From the NCBI GenBank assembly GCA_951406725.2, contig OX597835.1:17422001-17486000 (forward strand): DNA of 64,000 bases, written 5' to 3'. Below are positions 12,879 to 26,454 of this stretch, in pieces; position 1 is the first letter of the stretch; each line of letters begins with the position of its first letter. The translations under genes were made by a program, and so were the position numbers. The DNA is from Octopus vulgaris. Its lineage: Eukaryota. The notes beneath the pieces were generated by a model. It did not search any database. It worked only from the letters and a program-made list of their open reading frames with translations, and was not told the DNA's origin.

Positions 12879-13195
12879 TAAACATATGTGAACATATTTT
12901 TTACTTTTAATTGTTGTGCTCATCATAGCTTCGCTAAGAGTTCTCCACAGGTGTTCGATTGGCTTTAGATCGGGACTTTGAGCTGGCCATTCCATGGGAA
13001 CAATACCCTGTGTCTCAAACCATTGATGAATATTCTTTGCTGTATGACATGGATCGTTTACTGTTGAAAGATAACACTGTTTTTCAACACTCCTGGATGC
13101 AATTTAGCAATTGATGGCTCTAAAAATCCGATAACATAGAAACATAGGGTAGCTGAATTCATCCTTCCCTGACATAAAAACATTTCTCCGGATCA
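12655..13195 (-). pseudogene. Tc1-family (DD34E) transposase, decayed C-terminal half
   Basis: With frameshifts reads GEMFLCQGRMNSA..VIFQQ(x)NDPCHTAKNIHQWFETQGIVPMEWPAQSPDLKPIEHLWRTL...STCKQLVDSMPNRIKA-GGSTRY, i.e. the Tc1 FQQDN, WPxQSPDLNPIE and GGxTxY motifs. Interrupted at 12763-12897. Confidence 0.9.
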
Positions 13196-13326
13196 TATGG
13201 TAGACATATTACTGCTTATTAACTCTATCTACAAAGTATTTTAGCATAAAACTCTGAAATAATCAAGGACACACAAGTTCATTTTCGGAGTTGGTTTACT
13301 CATAGGTGGTTGCTTATGTTCAGTAC

Positions 13327-13390
13327 AGTATAAAAGCGGTAATTGATACTAAAACAGGGTCAACCAGATAAAAAAAAAACAAACTAATGT
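13327..13390 (+). mobile_element. Second Tc1 3'-end fragment, inverted relative to the first
   Basis: Reads SIKAVIDTKTGSTR*; agggtcaaccagata and the following aaaacaaa are the reverse complement of 12652-12677. Confidence 0.7.
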
Positions 13391-13580
13391 ATACTGTGAA
13401 AGATACTATAATCTACCAAGTGCACGAGATTCAATAACATTGAGAGCGGGGAAACCCAAACCATTGTGGTGGCCTAATACTTATGCCCAAGGCTGTATGT
13501 ATGCATATATATATATATATGCATACATGTACCGGGAAACTCACACACTTACATATACGTGGGTGTGTGTGTGTGAGAGC

Positions 13581-13619
<39 letters not shown>

Positions 13620-14125
13620 TGCACATATACATACATATATATATATATGTATATATCTATGCACATACGCATACATACCTGTGTGTGTATACGCACGCGT
13701 TTGTGAGCGTACATATCTCTCTATATGTTTAATTGTATCTCTGCATACATACATACATGCATACATATCTACATACATACACACACATACATACATACAT
13801 ACATACGCACACATACATACATACATACATACCTGCATACATACATACATACATACCTACATACATACATACATACATACATACATACATACACATGCAT
13901 TTTCATTGTATCCGTCCATTGTTCATAGCCCTTTGAAGTAATAAAAGTAATTGATTGTTGAAAGACGAAGGACAGTGTATCATTAAGTCTAATGACGTCG
14001 AATACAAAGCCCAACCCAAAGACATCAGTTTGATCGACAACCTGCACTTTCTGAGCAGCTGACACAATCCATTAAGGCCACACTTGCCAGGACACAGGAA
14101 GTTATTATCAATATAAATATTAAAA

Positions 14126-14324
14126 GAAAAGCAGCGAGCTGGTAGAATCGTTAGCGAGTTGGGAAAAATGCATGACGGAATTTCACTGAGTTCAAATTCC
14201 GCCGTCGTCGACTTAACACTTTATCATTTCAGGGTCTATAAAATAAGTACCAGTTGACCACTGGGGTCGATGTTATCGAATTACACCCTCCTGGAAATTG
14301 CTGGTTTTGTACCAAATTTGAAAC
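14126..14324 (+). mobile_element. SINE family C variant with 17-bp TSD
   Basis: gcgagctggtagaatcgttagc head, gagttcaaattccgcc; TSD caatataaat(a/g)ttaaaa at 14109-14125 and 14325-14341. Confidence 0.85.
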
Positions 14325-14354
14325 CAATATAAATGTTAAAATAAAGGCGGCGGA

Positions 14355-14545
14355 TTTACCATTCTGATTACTCTGTCAAATGTAATGTTCATTTATTCAT
14401 ATTGTTTTGAATTAATCATGCAGTATCTTGTTGCTTCATGATTTCAACAATATTATTGTTTATTTTTAGAATAAAATTTTTGGGTAGGGAGAAGAATGTG
14501 GATGCACCCAGTTTGAACATAAAACAGGTAGAATAATTTGGCCGA
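14355..14545. mobile_element. Old interspersed repeat (probable MITE remnant) split by a SINE
   Basis: Continues after the SINE at ~14807 (aggtagaataatttggccg duplicated). Recognised from memory only; termini eroded. Confidence 0.35.
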
Positions 14546-14574
14546 ATGATTTGGTAGAATAATTTGGTAGAATA

Positions 14575-14806
14575 AAGTGCGGTGAGCTGGCAGAAACGTT
14601 AGCACGCCGGGCGAAATGCTTAGCGGTATTTCGTCTGCGTTACGTTGTGAGTTCAAATTCCGCCGAGGTCGACTTTGCCTTTCATCCTTTCGGGGTCGAT
14701 AAATTAAGTACCAGTTACGAACTGGGGTCGATGTAATCGACTTAATACCTATGTCTGTCCTTGTTTGTTCCCTCTGTGTTTAGCCCCTTGTGGGTAATAA
14801 AGAAAT
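14575..14806 (+). mobile_element. SINE family C, full-length
   Basis: Highly similar to 9262-9480; flanked by aggtagaataatttggccg at 14526-14544 and 14807-14825, with extra slipped copies on the 5' side. Confidence 0.9.
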
Positions 14807-15717
14807 AGGTAGAATAATTTGGCCGGACATTTTGAATAAAGAATGTTGCGTGGTGGAGAGGAGCTAGACTGCAGAGGAGCTAAAACAGGTCCGCCATCGA
14901 TGGATCTGGTCGGCTCTATGCATGTTCATGTTTCTGGAACACTAACCTAGGATGACCCCACTCTTATCAAGCAAAAGCATAAAGCGAAAGGCTGAAAGAC
15001 ATTAAAAGAGAGAGAGAGAGAGAGAGAGTAAGGCACCTTCCTCTCCGATGAAGACCTCATCGACCGTTTTAAGTTCCCATGGAAAAGAATGTGAGTGCGA
15101 AGAGATCTACCCCAGCAATTCTGGCAAAGGGTGGTTGACAGTGAGAAAAATGGTTAAGGCGAATGATCCTATTCTTCGGATGGGCCCCGTAGGTTGGAGA
15201 AAGTTGGGTGAGGGGTTGTGCTTTTCGTGGATAGGTTCCGTGGGATTCCTAATAAACCCTAGTCTAAACGGATCTTCAGTATCTCGAGGATTCGTCATTC
15301 ATGGGGTCACACATTCTGTTCACCATGTATAGATGTTATTTCCATGTCCAAAGAGTTATTTGCTTCGTCTTTTTATGTAACACCCCACCCGACACAAGGC
15401 GAAAGAAAACACGTTATCCTTCTCCTCATCATGATAATTGAAACACCATCAAGACGACGATCATGATCATTATCAATATTATTATTATTATTGTTGTTGT
15501 TATTATTATAATTATTATTACCGTCATCGTCATCATCATCGCTGATAATAATTTGGTATCCACTAGATGTAATCCATCCTCAGGTTTACAATTCTTCTTT
15601 CCGAAACCATCCACCACGCAGACCATCGCACGACGACAAATGAAAGTATCATCATCATCACTACCACCACCACCACCACCACCAAGAACAACATCACCAT
15701 CATAGCCATCATCATCA

Positions 15718-15758
<41 letters not shown>

Positions 15759-16034
15759 CATGATCATCATCATTATTATTACTGCTTCTGCTTCTGCTGC
15801 TGCTGCTGCTACTGCCGCTACCGTCTTTTGTTATTAATATGTTTTATATAATAAAATACAACATTAGGTGATTGCAGCAAACATTCCCGGCAATATCAAG
15901 CTAGCTTATATACAATTGAGACTTAATAGCAGGACACATCTATAACAGTGCGCAAAGATCAAAAGTTTGCCAATGTGCAATACATCCATTCAAGCTTCTA
16001 GTTTAAACAATTGATCTTTTCAAACGGCCTCACC

Positions 16035-16170
16035 GTTGTTGTTGTTATTACTATTATTATTATTATTATTAACATTATTATCATTATTATTATTATTATC
16101 ATTTCTGTTATTGTTGTCACCATTATTATTATTACTATTATTATTATTATTATTATTATTACTATTACTA

Positions 16171-16201
<31 letters not shown>

Positions 16202-16246
16202 TATTATTAGTATTACTATTGTTATTATTATTATTATTATTATTAC

Positions 16247-16282
<36 letters not shown>

Positions 16283-16312
16283 TACTATTATTATTATTAT
16301 TATTATTATTAC

Positions 16313-16364
<52 letters not shown>

Positions 16365-16375
16365 GTTATTATTCG
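16035..16375. repeat. (ATT)n/(ACT) microsatellite
   Basis: Direct reading; source of the poly-I/L/N ORFs. Confidence 0.95.
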
Positions 16376-16637
16376 CCACTATTACCGTTACCGCTTCTGT
16401 TGTTGGTCGTTATTGTTATCATTACTCTTGTTATTCCTGTTGTTATTGATATGGCGAAGAAACACTTCCGGCCATTGTTGAACGCAGTTAATTTCCTATT
16501 CTGCTGATCAACAACTGAAGTAAGCATTTGTTTGTTTATGTCAAGAACGAACCTGTTTCAAGGATTTTCAGCTGTATATAGAATCTAGCTCTGTGCACGG
16601 TATTGCTTTGATTTCTATAGGAGTATATACCTTTGTA

Positions 16638-16653
16638 CATATACATACATACA

Positions 16654-16700
<47 letters not shown>

Positions 16701-16705
16701 GCATG

Positions 16706-16777
<72 letters not shown>

Positions 16778-16812
16778 TATACATATATATATATTCATAT
16801 ATATATATATGC

Positions 16813-16843
<31 letters not shown>

Positions 16844-17028
16844 ATATATATGTATGTATGTATATATATGTATATATATATATATATGTATATATATGTA
16901 TATATATGTATATATATGTATATATATGTATATATATATAAATATGTATATATATATATATATATAATATATGTATATATATATATAAATACGTATATAT
17001 ATATAAATACGTATATATATATAAATAC

Positions 17029-17078
<50 letters not shown>
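16638..17078. repeat. Compound (TACA)n/(TA)n microsatellite
   Basis: Direct reading. Confidence 0.95.
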
Positions 17079-17080
<2 letters not shown>

Positions 17081-17415
17081 TGCCAAAGTATTTCGTTAGC
17101 AATATAATGGAAAACCATCTATACGTATATATATGCATACGCGCGTGTGTATGTTTGTGTATAGTTGTGATATACCTTTACGCAGACAACAATGGGTATA
17201 TAATACTCAATATTGGAGAATGGCAATGGTTAAATAATTAAAAGATAAAAGCGATCTAATTCAGGAATAAACTCTGACTGTCGTCTCATCTTTCGACTGG
17301 TCAGAAATAATAGCAAAATAGGATTTCGAACGACACACTGAACGTAGAAAGTAGGTCACGGGATTTGCTGATTCTGATAATCATGGATTCGTTACAGCTT
17401 GTTGTTTAATTGATT

Positions 17416-17722
17416 ACACACATACACACACATATATCTGTATACATATATATATATGCACACTCACATACACACACATATATCTGTATACATATATATA
17501 TATGCACACTCACATACACACACATATATCTGTATACATATATATATATACATCACATACACACACATATATCTGTATACATATATATATATGCACACTC
17601 ACATACACACACATATATCTGTATACATATATATATATGCACACTCACATACACACACATATATCTGTATACATATATATATATGCACACTCACATACAC
17701 ACACATATCTGTATACATATAT
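17416..17722. repeat. ~46-bp minisatellite built from microsatellite motifs, ~6.5 copies
   Basis: Unit tgcacactcacatacacacacatatatctgtatacatatatatata starts at 17457, 17503, 17592, 17638 and 17684, with one variant unit in between. Confidence 0.9.
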
Positions 17723-17733
17723 AAATTTATATA

Positions 17734-17945
17734 TACTCTTTTACTCTTTTACTTGTGTCAGTCATTTGACTGCGGCCATGCTGGAGCACCGCCTTTAGTC
17801 GAGCAAATCGACCCCGGGACTTATTCTTTGTAAGCCCAGTACTTATTCTATCGGTCTCTTTTTGCCGAACCGCTACGAGACGGGTACGTAAACACTCCAG
17901 CATCGGTTGTCAAGCAATGCTAGGGGGACAAACACAGACACACAA

Positions 17946-17976
<31 letters not shown>

Positions 17977-18140
17977 CATATATACGACAGACTTCTTTCA
18001 GTTTCGTCTACCAAATCCACTCACAAGGCATTGGTCGACCCGGGGCTATAGCAGAAGACACTTGCCCAAGATGCCACGCAGTGGGACTGAACCCGGAACC
18101 ATGTGGTTGGTTAGCAAGCTACTTACCACACAGCCACTCC
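17734..18140 (-). mobile_element. SINE family A, near full-length (tRNA head, CORE-like domain, internal microsatellite, (gtaaaaga)n tail)
   Basis: Reverse complement of 53267-53681 along its whole length. Confidence 0.92.
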
Positions 18141-18457
18141 AGTATATAAATATATATATTTATATATGTATGTATGTATGTATGTATATATGTATGAATG
18201 TATATCTACACATACATATATTTATGTGTGTATGTATATATGTGTCCGGGGTCCTGTTGCGCATATATTGTCCTCAGTCATGTTATTTTATTGCACTTTG
18301 AAACACAGATCTCTAGAACATTGTAAAAGACATCATTGCAGATTAGCCCCTGGTCATCCTTGTTTCAGTAGACATTTAATCTACGACTCGCCAGCCTTGA
18401 CCATCCTATCGTCTGAGGGTTTTCTCGAAATGCTAAACCTGATAAATCTTTTGTCAC

Positions 18458-18570
18458 TTATGTGACGGTCCGATTGCGTGGCACCTTGGGCAAGTGTCTC
18501 CTACTATATCCGTGGCCCGACCAAAGCCTTGCAAGTGGATTTGATAGGCGGAAACTGAAATAACCCCGTC

Positions 18571-18622
<52 letters not shown>

Positions 18623-18860
18623 GTGTGTGTGTGTGTGTGTGTATGTGTATCCACTACAGTTTGACAACCGGGATTTGCGTATCTATGTCCTTGCAACATT
18701 AGCAGTTCACCAAAAGGAACTGACAGAATAAGTACCGGCTTAAAAACCAAATAACTGCTGGTGTCTACTCAAAAAATTCTTCTAAAAAAATTCTTCAAGA
18801 ACGGTACCCTAGCATGGCCGTAGTCTAATGAGTGAAACAAGTAATAGATAAAAGATAGAA
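18458..18860 (+). mobile_element. SINE family A, degenerate with expanded internal (TA)n(TG)n
   Basis: gcgtggcaccttgggcaagtgtc...gaccaaagccttg...agcatggccgtagtctaatgagtgaaacaagta. Confidence 0.85.
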
Positions 18861-19902
18861 AGTGTCACTCTGGAGCAGATTATTGCGTCTCTCATTTTTG
18901 GGGATACCTGTAAATTATAGCATTCCAGATATGACCATCCCGTCGTCCAATGATTATCGAGCGATAGATTATATTTATTGTTATGAGAAGGCATCTATCA
19001 TACGTTGCTTGTATGAACAACAACACTCAGACGAATTTGTGCAGTTTTCGAAAGGTATTTAAAAATACCTTTCTTCGAGTATTCTTACCTTTTTTTTTAT
19101 AAGAATAACACTGTAATTTAAGGGCTACACAGCTGCCATCGCTCGTAGATAGAAAGGCCACATCGGAGAAATCTATTTGCGAAACTCAGTATGGAATATA
19201 GCCAAGCTGATTGAAGTTCCAGAACAAAAAATTTTCAGTGCATTGAGAAATGATAGATTCTGCGTCGAACTGACGGGAATCCAGCCGTTACGGATGAAAT
19301 AATAGACAGATGCTAGACAAGTACAAGCTGTATTTTTTTTCCGTTAGAGCAACCAGGAGTTCCACTCCATCATTCTCACAATATACCGGGGTAGGGCAAG
19401 ATAAATTAAAGTCAATGAAGCTTTTTATGTGAAGGAAGGAAATTACCAAAAATGGACGAAGGGAGGCTCCAGACATTACCATAACATTCAGACCTCATCA
19501 AACCATATGAGTTGGTGAGCGTCCAGACCACAAAGCGTTTTACCAGATATTTGCCCCTAAACATTACGTCTAATCCTCCATAAGGGTAACATCACACCTC
19601 CAACACATAGCTTTATTGGCTGCTTGTGCCAAAATTGGAATTCTTGGAGATCAAGGTTAATTATTTCGTTCACGCATCGTTTGAATGGTTTCTAAACACA
19701 CCATTAACGATGAACACATACTGCAACATCAAATGTAGACATTACTGGGTGGTCAATGATTCCCCTATGTTCAGACACATTTCTTCAGGTGTTTTGCTTA
19801 CACTCTCTGCAGCGTGTCTACAATCTCAGACATATCTATCTATCTATCTATCTATCTATGTCTGTCTATCTATGTATCTATATCTATATCCATCCATCCA
19901 TC

Positions 19903-19939
<37 letters not shown>

Positions 19940-19989
19940 AGTGAATGTTTCAAAAAAAGATTGGTGAATGTAGCAAGGATGTCACGTAT

Positions 19990-20105
19990 GAATGATTTTC
20001 GTCCTTTCGAGGTCGACAAACTTAGTACCAGTTGCATACTGGGGTCGACTAATCGACTGGCCGCCTCCCCCATATGTTCGCGCCCTGTGCCTAGAGTAGA
20101 AAATA
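19990..20105 (+). mobile_element. SINE family C, 3' part
   Basis: tcctttcgaggtcgacaaacttagtaccagttgcatactggggtcgac...tgtgcctagagtagaaa. Confidence 0.7.
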
Positions 20106-20603
20106 ATATTTTTCCTCGCCTGTGGACTCAATAAAGTCAGAATCTCCACTCTGACAATTGAAAAGAGAAATATTTGGCCTACTTTCTTTATGTTTTATCC
20201 GCCATTAAAACTTTGATGAATAAACATATTTCGTTGCTTTTGTGTATATTGTTGCTTATATATTGTCACGCTGCTTTAATCGTTTGAATAATAAGTACTG
20301 TGAATAACACTTTTACGATTCAAGAAACTCCTGGTCCTTATAAATTATAAACAATCACAGCCTGCTCCGCTTCTACCTCATAGTTCGCTCAGTTAGATGT
20401 CTACGTGTGTGTCCAAGCGTGTATGCGTTTAGACATTGAACTAAACCTAAAGAAATGGAGATGCATCAATAAACAAACAGATAAATATTTGCACAGACAT
20501 ACGATAAAGAACGAATGAATAGATTGAGGGACTGCTAGTCATGTGTGGCTATATATTTATGTATATTCATCTATATATCTATCTAGCTATCTATCCATCT
20601 TTC

Positions 20604-20707
<104 letters not shown>

Positions 20708-20725
20708 CACCACACTAGACACACA

Positions 20726-20756
<31 letters not shown>

Positions 20757-21849
20757 CTTCATATATATATATTTATATATTTATATATATATCTTCATGA
20801 AGATATATATATATATATATATATCTTCATATATATATATATTAATACATACATACATACACACACATATATACAATAAAGTGTAAACGTTTATATATAT
20901 GTAAATATACGTACTTATATCAACATGCGCATATACATACTCTATGTATACACATATACATCAATATTTGTATACATACCTATACATATACATACATACA
21001 TACATAAATATTTGTATACATACATATACATATACATACTGTCTAGTTATATATAGAAACACACACATGTATATATAATATATCTTCATATATATATATA
21101 TATATATACATGTGTGTGTTTCTATATATAACTAGACAGAGACCGATATATATAGATGATGAACAAATAAACGAGAGGAAGTAAGCACTCACAGTATACA
21201 CAAGCAAAGATTTGTATATATACACACATAGATGAATATATATACATAGACGCAAATATACTTCCAGACTTTAGTACATTCATAAACAACCACATATATG
21301 CATACTTAGATAAAGACACAAAAAACACAGACACAGAAACAGGTCAACGGCGAAGACAGACATGGATGGTTTCGATATTCTCGTTACTTGAAATCACTCA
21401 CACACTCAGACCAAACTTAAAATGGCCCCTGTCCAAATGTAAAAAGCATGCGCAAGTCTAAAAAGTAGAACTGTGCTATATGATGTGTACACACCCTGGT
21501 ATAAAATACCTGTTTATCTTTCCACTTGACTAATTATTCCTCCTGTATTTGCATTTCACACCCGTTTTTTCCATGTAACCGTTAATGCATAATAAAACAC
21601 AGTCAAATAAAACCGTGTTGTTTTTTGGGGGTTTTTTTTTTTATAGTTTCTGTTTTGTGTGTTTATTCTTCGATTTTTTTTTTATTTGATTTTATTTTAT
21701 ATTCGAACACAGTTTTTCACCATTTTGATACACACACGCGAATATTACTACTAATACTAATAGTGCTACTAATAATACTAGTAGCCAGACTAATATTAGC
21801 CTATCTGGATGTATAATTAATAGACGTTAAATGGATGAACACTGCAGCT

Positions 21850-21877
21850 AATGACGATAATGGTGATGACGACAATG

Positions 21878-21931
<54 letters not shown>

Positions 21932-22130
21932 GTAGTAGCAGCAGTAGTTGTAGTAGTAGTAGCAGTAGTAGTAAAAATAATAATTAAGAAAAATAATAAT
22001 GTTGATGGTTAGTACAGATAACGATTATGAAGATCAAGGTGATGATGGTGATGATGGTATTGATGAAGAGGTGGAAAGCTATTCTAATATTACTAAAGAT
22101 ACAGATAATAATAATACTAACAACATTAAC

Positions 22131-22173
<43 letters not shown>

Positions 22174-22353
22174 GCAACAGCGACAATTGTCCTAATGGCT
22201 GAACTAATGAGGTTAATGACTCGAATTTTCTAGTTTGACCTACATTATTGAAATTATTGTTATTATTATTATTATTATTTTTATTATCATTGTTACTAAA
22301 ATTGATGATATTAATTTTATTGTTATCTTTATCATTATTACAATTAATATTAC

Positions 22354-22398
<45 letters not shown>

Positions 22399-22547
22399 TA
22401 ATTCTATTATTATTTTTACTGTTATTATTATTATTACTATCATTATTATTAGCAATATTATTAGTTCTGGTAATAATAATACCAATGATAATATTCTGCA
22501 TGAAGATGATGGTTATGTTTATGGCAATTATGCTGATGGAGGTCAAG

Positions 22548-22614
<67 letters not shown>

Positions 22615-22860
22615 CAACAATACTAGTATGATGTTCATTGCGATTAGTATGACGATATCGGCAATATTATTGATAACAGTAGTAGTGGTAGTAGTAGTTG
22701 TAGTAGTAGTAGTAGTATTAGCAGCAGCAGCCGTAGTAGTAGTGATGGTGGTGGTGGTGATGGTGGAAGTAGTTTTAGTATAGTAGTAGTAGTAATAGCA
22801 GTAGTAGTTGTAGTAGTAGTAGTAGTGCTGGTGGTGGTAGTAGTAGTAGTACTGATAATA
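21850..22860. repeat. Compound trinucleotide field (AAT, ATT, AGT, GAT, GGT)
   Basis: Direct reading. Confidence 0.9.
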
Positions 22861-23317
22861 TTTTTTTCAGTTTGTTGCTAGCTAATGTAAAGTTTCTTTT
22901 TCCTGGCTCCATCATTTTGTTTGTTTGTTTTGTATCATCTTATTTTGATTTATATATATTTTTTCTTTATATCATTGTTTTTTTGGCATCAATGTTTAAT
23001 CTATAACTACCAGTGCTGAATGCTAATGCAATGCCAGTCTGGATGTAGGTTTTGGTCTGTTAAAGAATGAAGTGCCACGTGTCTTTCACTCACCCAACAA
23101 CCTTAGAGTAATACCAATTTTAGACACCGCCCCATCAAGAAATACAGAGGAAAGAAAGAATAAATAGATAAATAAATATATATAAATAAAATAAATAAAA
23201 TTTTACGTTAAAAGAAACAAAAAGTAAACGGAATAACTCAAACGAAACGTGAGCAAAAATCTTAAAGAGTTTAACGGTGAAAAGCAAAGTAAAAATGCAA
23301 TAAGCCCCCACACACAT

Positions 23318-23660
<343 letters not shown>

Positions 23661-23961
23661 TGTGTCAGTATATATACATGGAAAAGAAAGAAATGGACGA
23701 AACCTTAGATACCCGGTATGAAGAATATAACTAGTTAAATAAATGAATGAATGAATAAATAAATAAATAAATATATCGAGATAGAGATAGAGGAAGAATG
23801 AGTGAGGGAGAGAGAGAGAGAGAGGTAGGGAATGGAACGATGTAGAACTGGAAGTCTTGAAGAAGAAATTCGATTTTTATAACGTTCATTAAACGTATCA
23901 GAAAGTTTTATAGAAAATGTACATAAACTGCTGAGACATCTTTGCGGATGAGATTAAAAGA

Positions 23962-24005
23962 CGTTGACGACGACGATGATGATGGTGAAGATGGTGATGA
24001 TGGTG

Positions 24006-24055
<50 letters not shown>

Positions 24056-24063
24056 GATGATGA
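23962..24063. repeat. (GAT)n/(GAC) microsatellite
   Basis: Direct reading; source of the poly-Asp ORF. Confidence 0.9.
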
Positions 24064-24249
24064 AAGTGATTATCATGGAAACGATCTCGAATTTATGAAG
24101 TATTTCCTGATATATAAGCCATGACAAATATTCTTAAGCACATGAAACCACTGGTCCGAAATTTCTACTCATTCATACGTATATATATATATGTATATAT
24201 GCACACACACGCGCACACACATAGGCACACACATATTTGTATGTATATA

Positions 24250-24482
24250 CGAGGGGCGTTCAATAAGTAATGCCCCTGACCCACTTCTCATAGCAGTAGA
24301 GCAACGAAACTTGGCACAGTTATTAGTCTTTTTCTACATAGGAACCACCCAGAGTTACGCATTTCTCCCATCGTTTGATGCGGCTCTGGAGACCGTTTTT
24401 GTAGAAGAACCCAGCTTGGTCCTCCAACCTCAACGTGACTTCAGAAATCAAGGCTGCATCATCTGGGAAACGCTTTCCTTTC
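24250..24482 (-). mobile_element. Mariner element right end: TIR plus transposase C-terminus
   Basis: TA|CGAGGGGCGTTCAATAAGTAATGC terminus. Minus frame KGKRFPDDAALISEVTLRLEDQAGFFYKNGLQSRIKRWEKCVTLGGSYVEKD* is a typical mariner C-terminus; truncated at (TA)n. Confidence 0.9.
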
Positions 24483-24517
24483 CTATATATATATATATAT
24501 ATATATATAGGTACACA

Positions 24518-24692
24518 TAGAAGCGGGAGCTAAAAAGTTCCTGGCTTTAAGGGTGTCGCGAAAGGTCTGGTTGGAGACCCAAACTTCCGAGTTGTTTTAT
24601 AGGGTTGAAGGACTACTGCAATAATTGTGTGAATCTGTGAGGAGAATATTTTCAAAAAAATCATTATTAACTGATACTTCTATATTCAGCAC
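24518..24692 (+). mobile_element. Decayed mariner-derived MITE
   Basis: Eroded TIRs (gggagctaaaaagttcc ... ttcagcacc) and a remnant of the mariner C-terminal motif (aattgtgtgaatctgtgaggagaatat). Confidence 0.55.
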
Positions 24693-26454
24693 CACACACA
24701 CACACACACACAGACCACACACAAATACATACATATATATAAGCGTGCATGATTTTTATACAACCACAAACACATATTCAAGAACACATATATTTAACTT
24801 TATATTATACAAATACATGCCTATAACATATATGTAGATATGTGTGTGTTTATGTGTGCGTTGGTCACGTGTATGTGTGTGAGTATTTGTGTGTTTGTAT
24901 GTGTATTTATGTGTTACGTAGAGGTATTTCTGTAACACAGATTCTCGATTGTATGAAGGAAGAATTTGGAATCTCCGAACTGCAGCAGAGTTCAGGAAGT
25001 AGGTTGGTAATCAAAAGTTAGAAATATCATTTTGCCATTTGATATATGGCTTCACAGGCGTTTGACCTACTGCCTTGAAACAACAGATAAAAGGAATATA
25101 CAATCTGACTGTATATTCAGAACTGTTTTGAACTGGTTCTTGTTGTAGTAGTTCTGACATTATACACTCTATGGCATGGGAGCACTCACCTTTGATTTTT
25201 TCGTTAGAAGCGATGCACTATACACATTGTGTCGGGATTTCAAAAAGGCTATAAGTTGGTATATTCTGTTCTTGAATGCATTTTGTGTTAGTCAGATGTA
25301 AACAGTTCCTTCTATTCCCCCAGATTTATTGGCTGGATGTGAACGTATGTGGCTTTGTTATAAGATTTTTTAATTCATGATCGTGATGTCTTATGTATGA
25401 TTTCCGGACAAAGCGGGATTTTCAGCGACCTTCGGCAAAGCATTTAACTGCACTTTGCAAAAGAACATTTACAACTACTGCACTATGAAGCATCACAAAC
25501 TTATCGCCTTCAAAATTTGAAAATACCAATATCAACCGCCTTTAATGGTCATGTGTTATTAAATGCGGAGTGTTCTGTCACACAACGTGTCCTGAGAATC
25601 TTCTGTAAAATATCGCGTTTTGTTTTCTTGAATCCCAAGAGAACCTGCTTGCTATATATCAGCTGTTACATCTTTTATCGCGTGTTCTTGAAAAAACAAC
25701 AACACAAAACCATTACATTATGTATCATAAGTTGTTTTATTTTAAAAAGTAGTAATGTGGTATTCGAAGGAAACTTGGCTGCCATATTAGCAGTTTGAAA
25801 GACTAAGTAACAGTGTCCTCACTGGTTAGATCACTTCTCGACAGAGCTGTCGATGTATTAAGCATGATAAAGGAAGGTGCATTTCGAAATCCCCGTAAGA
25901 CGAAAGAAACTCGCTTGAGTATTGTTTTAATTACTAACTCGAGTTAAGAGATGAATGCGTGTAACCTAGCGATTCTGATCCCTGGTTCATGGTCTTAACG
26001 TCAATGTTTCAACTCATGAACTCATCTGAACATGACTGCCAACCTAGGACGGGTACACCGCTATCTCGGCCTAGCTGTCACAAATTCAATATAATACTGG
26101 ATCAAAGTATCGGAGAATCAACCCGGGTGTCTTTGTCTGCTTATGACTACATAGGCAACTGAAACAGTTGGCGAAAGCATGACACGTGTTTCTCAGTCGT
26201 ATTCGTTTGCAGATGTAGATCAGCTCTGACGTTATTAACAGCGCCGTCGGTAAATTACTTTTACTTCATATGATGTGTAATAAGTCATCTTCGAATGTAA
26301 TAATTCATCTTAAAACGCAAGAGATTGATCTCAAGTAGTGAAGGATATCTACGTCCTCACTTGACCGGTTCTTTCTTCCAGGTAAATCACCTTCAACTCA
26401 AATAGATGGAATAATCATTTCAGATATATTATGTCTAAACAGAATACTAAAGAC

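Noticed and set aside
15032-15332. Possible exon or Harbinger-like snippet (TFLSDEDLIDRFKF, followed by a GTGAGT donor-like site) and the 94-aa ORF
   Set aside because: The upstream sequence is (GA)n rather than a polypyrimidine acceptor, and the similarity is too short to support.
19230-19480. Possible decayed RTE reverse transcriptase remnant (ILRR motif)
   Set aside because: Needs multiple frameshifts; too weak without an alignment.
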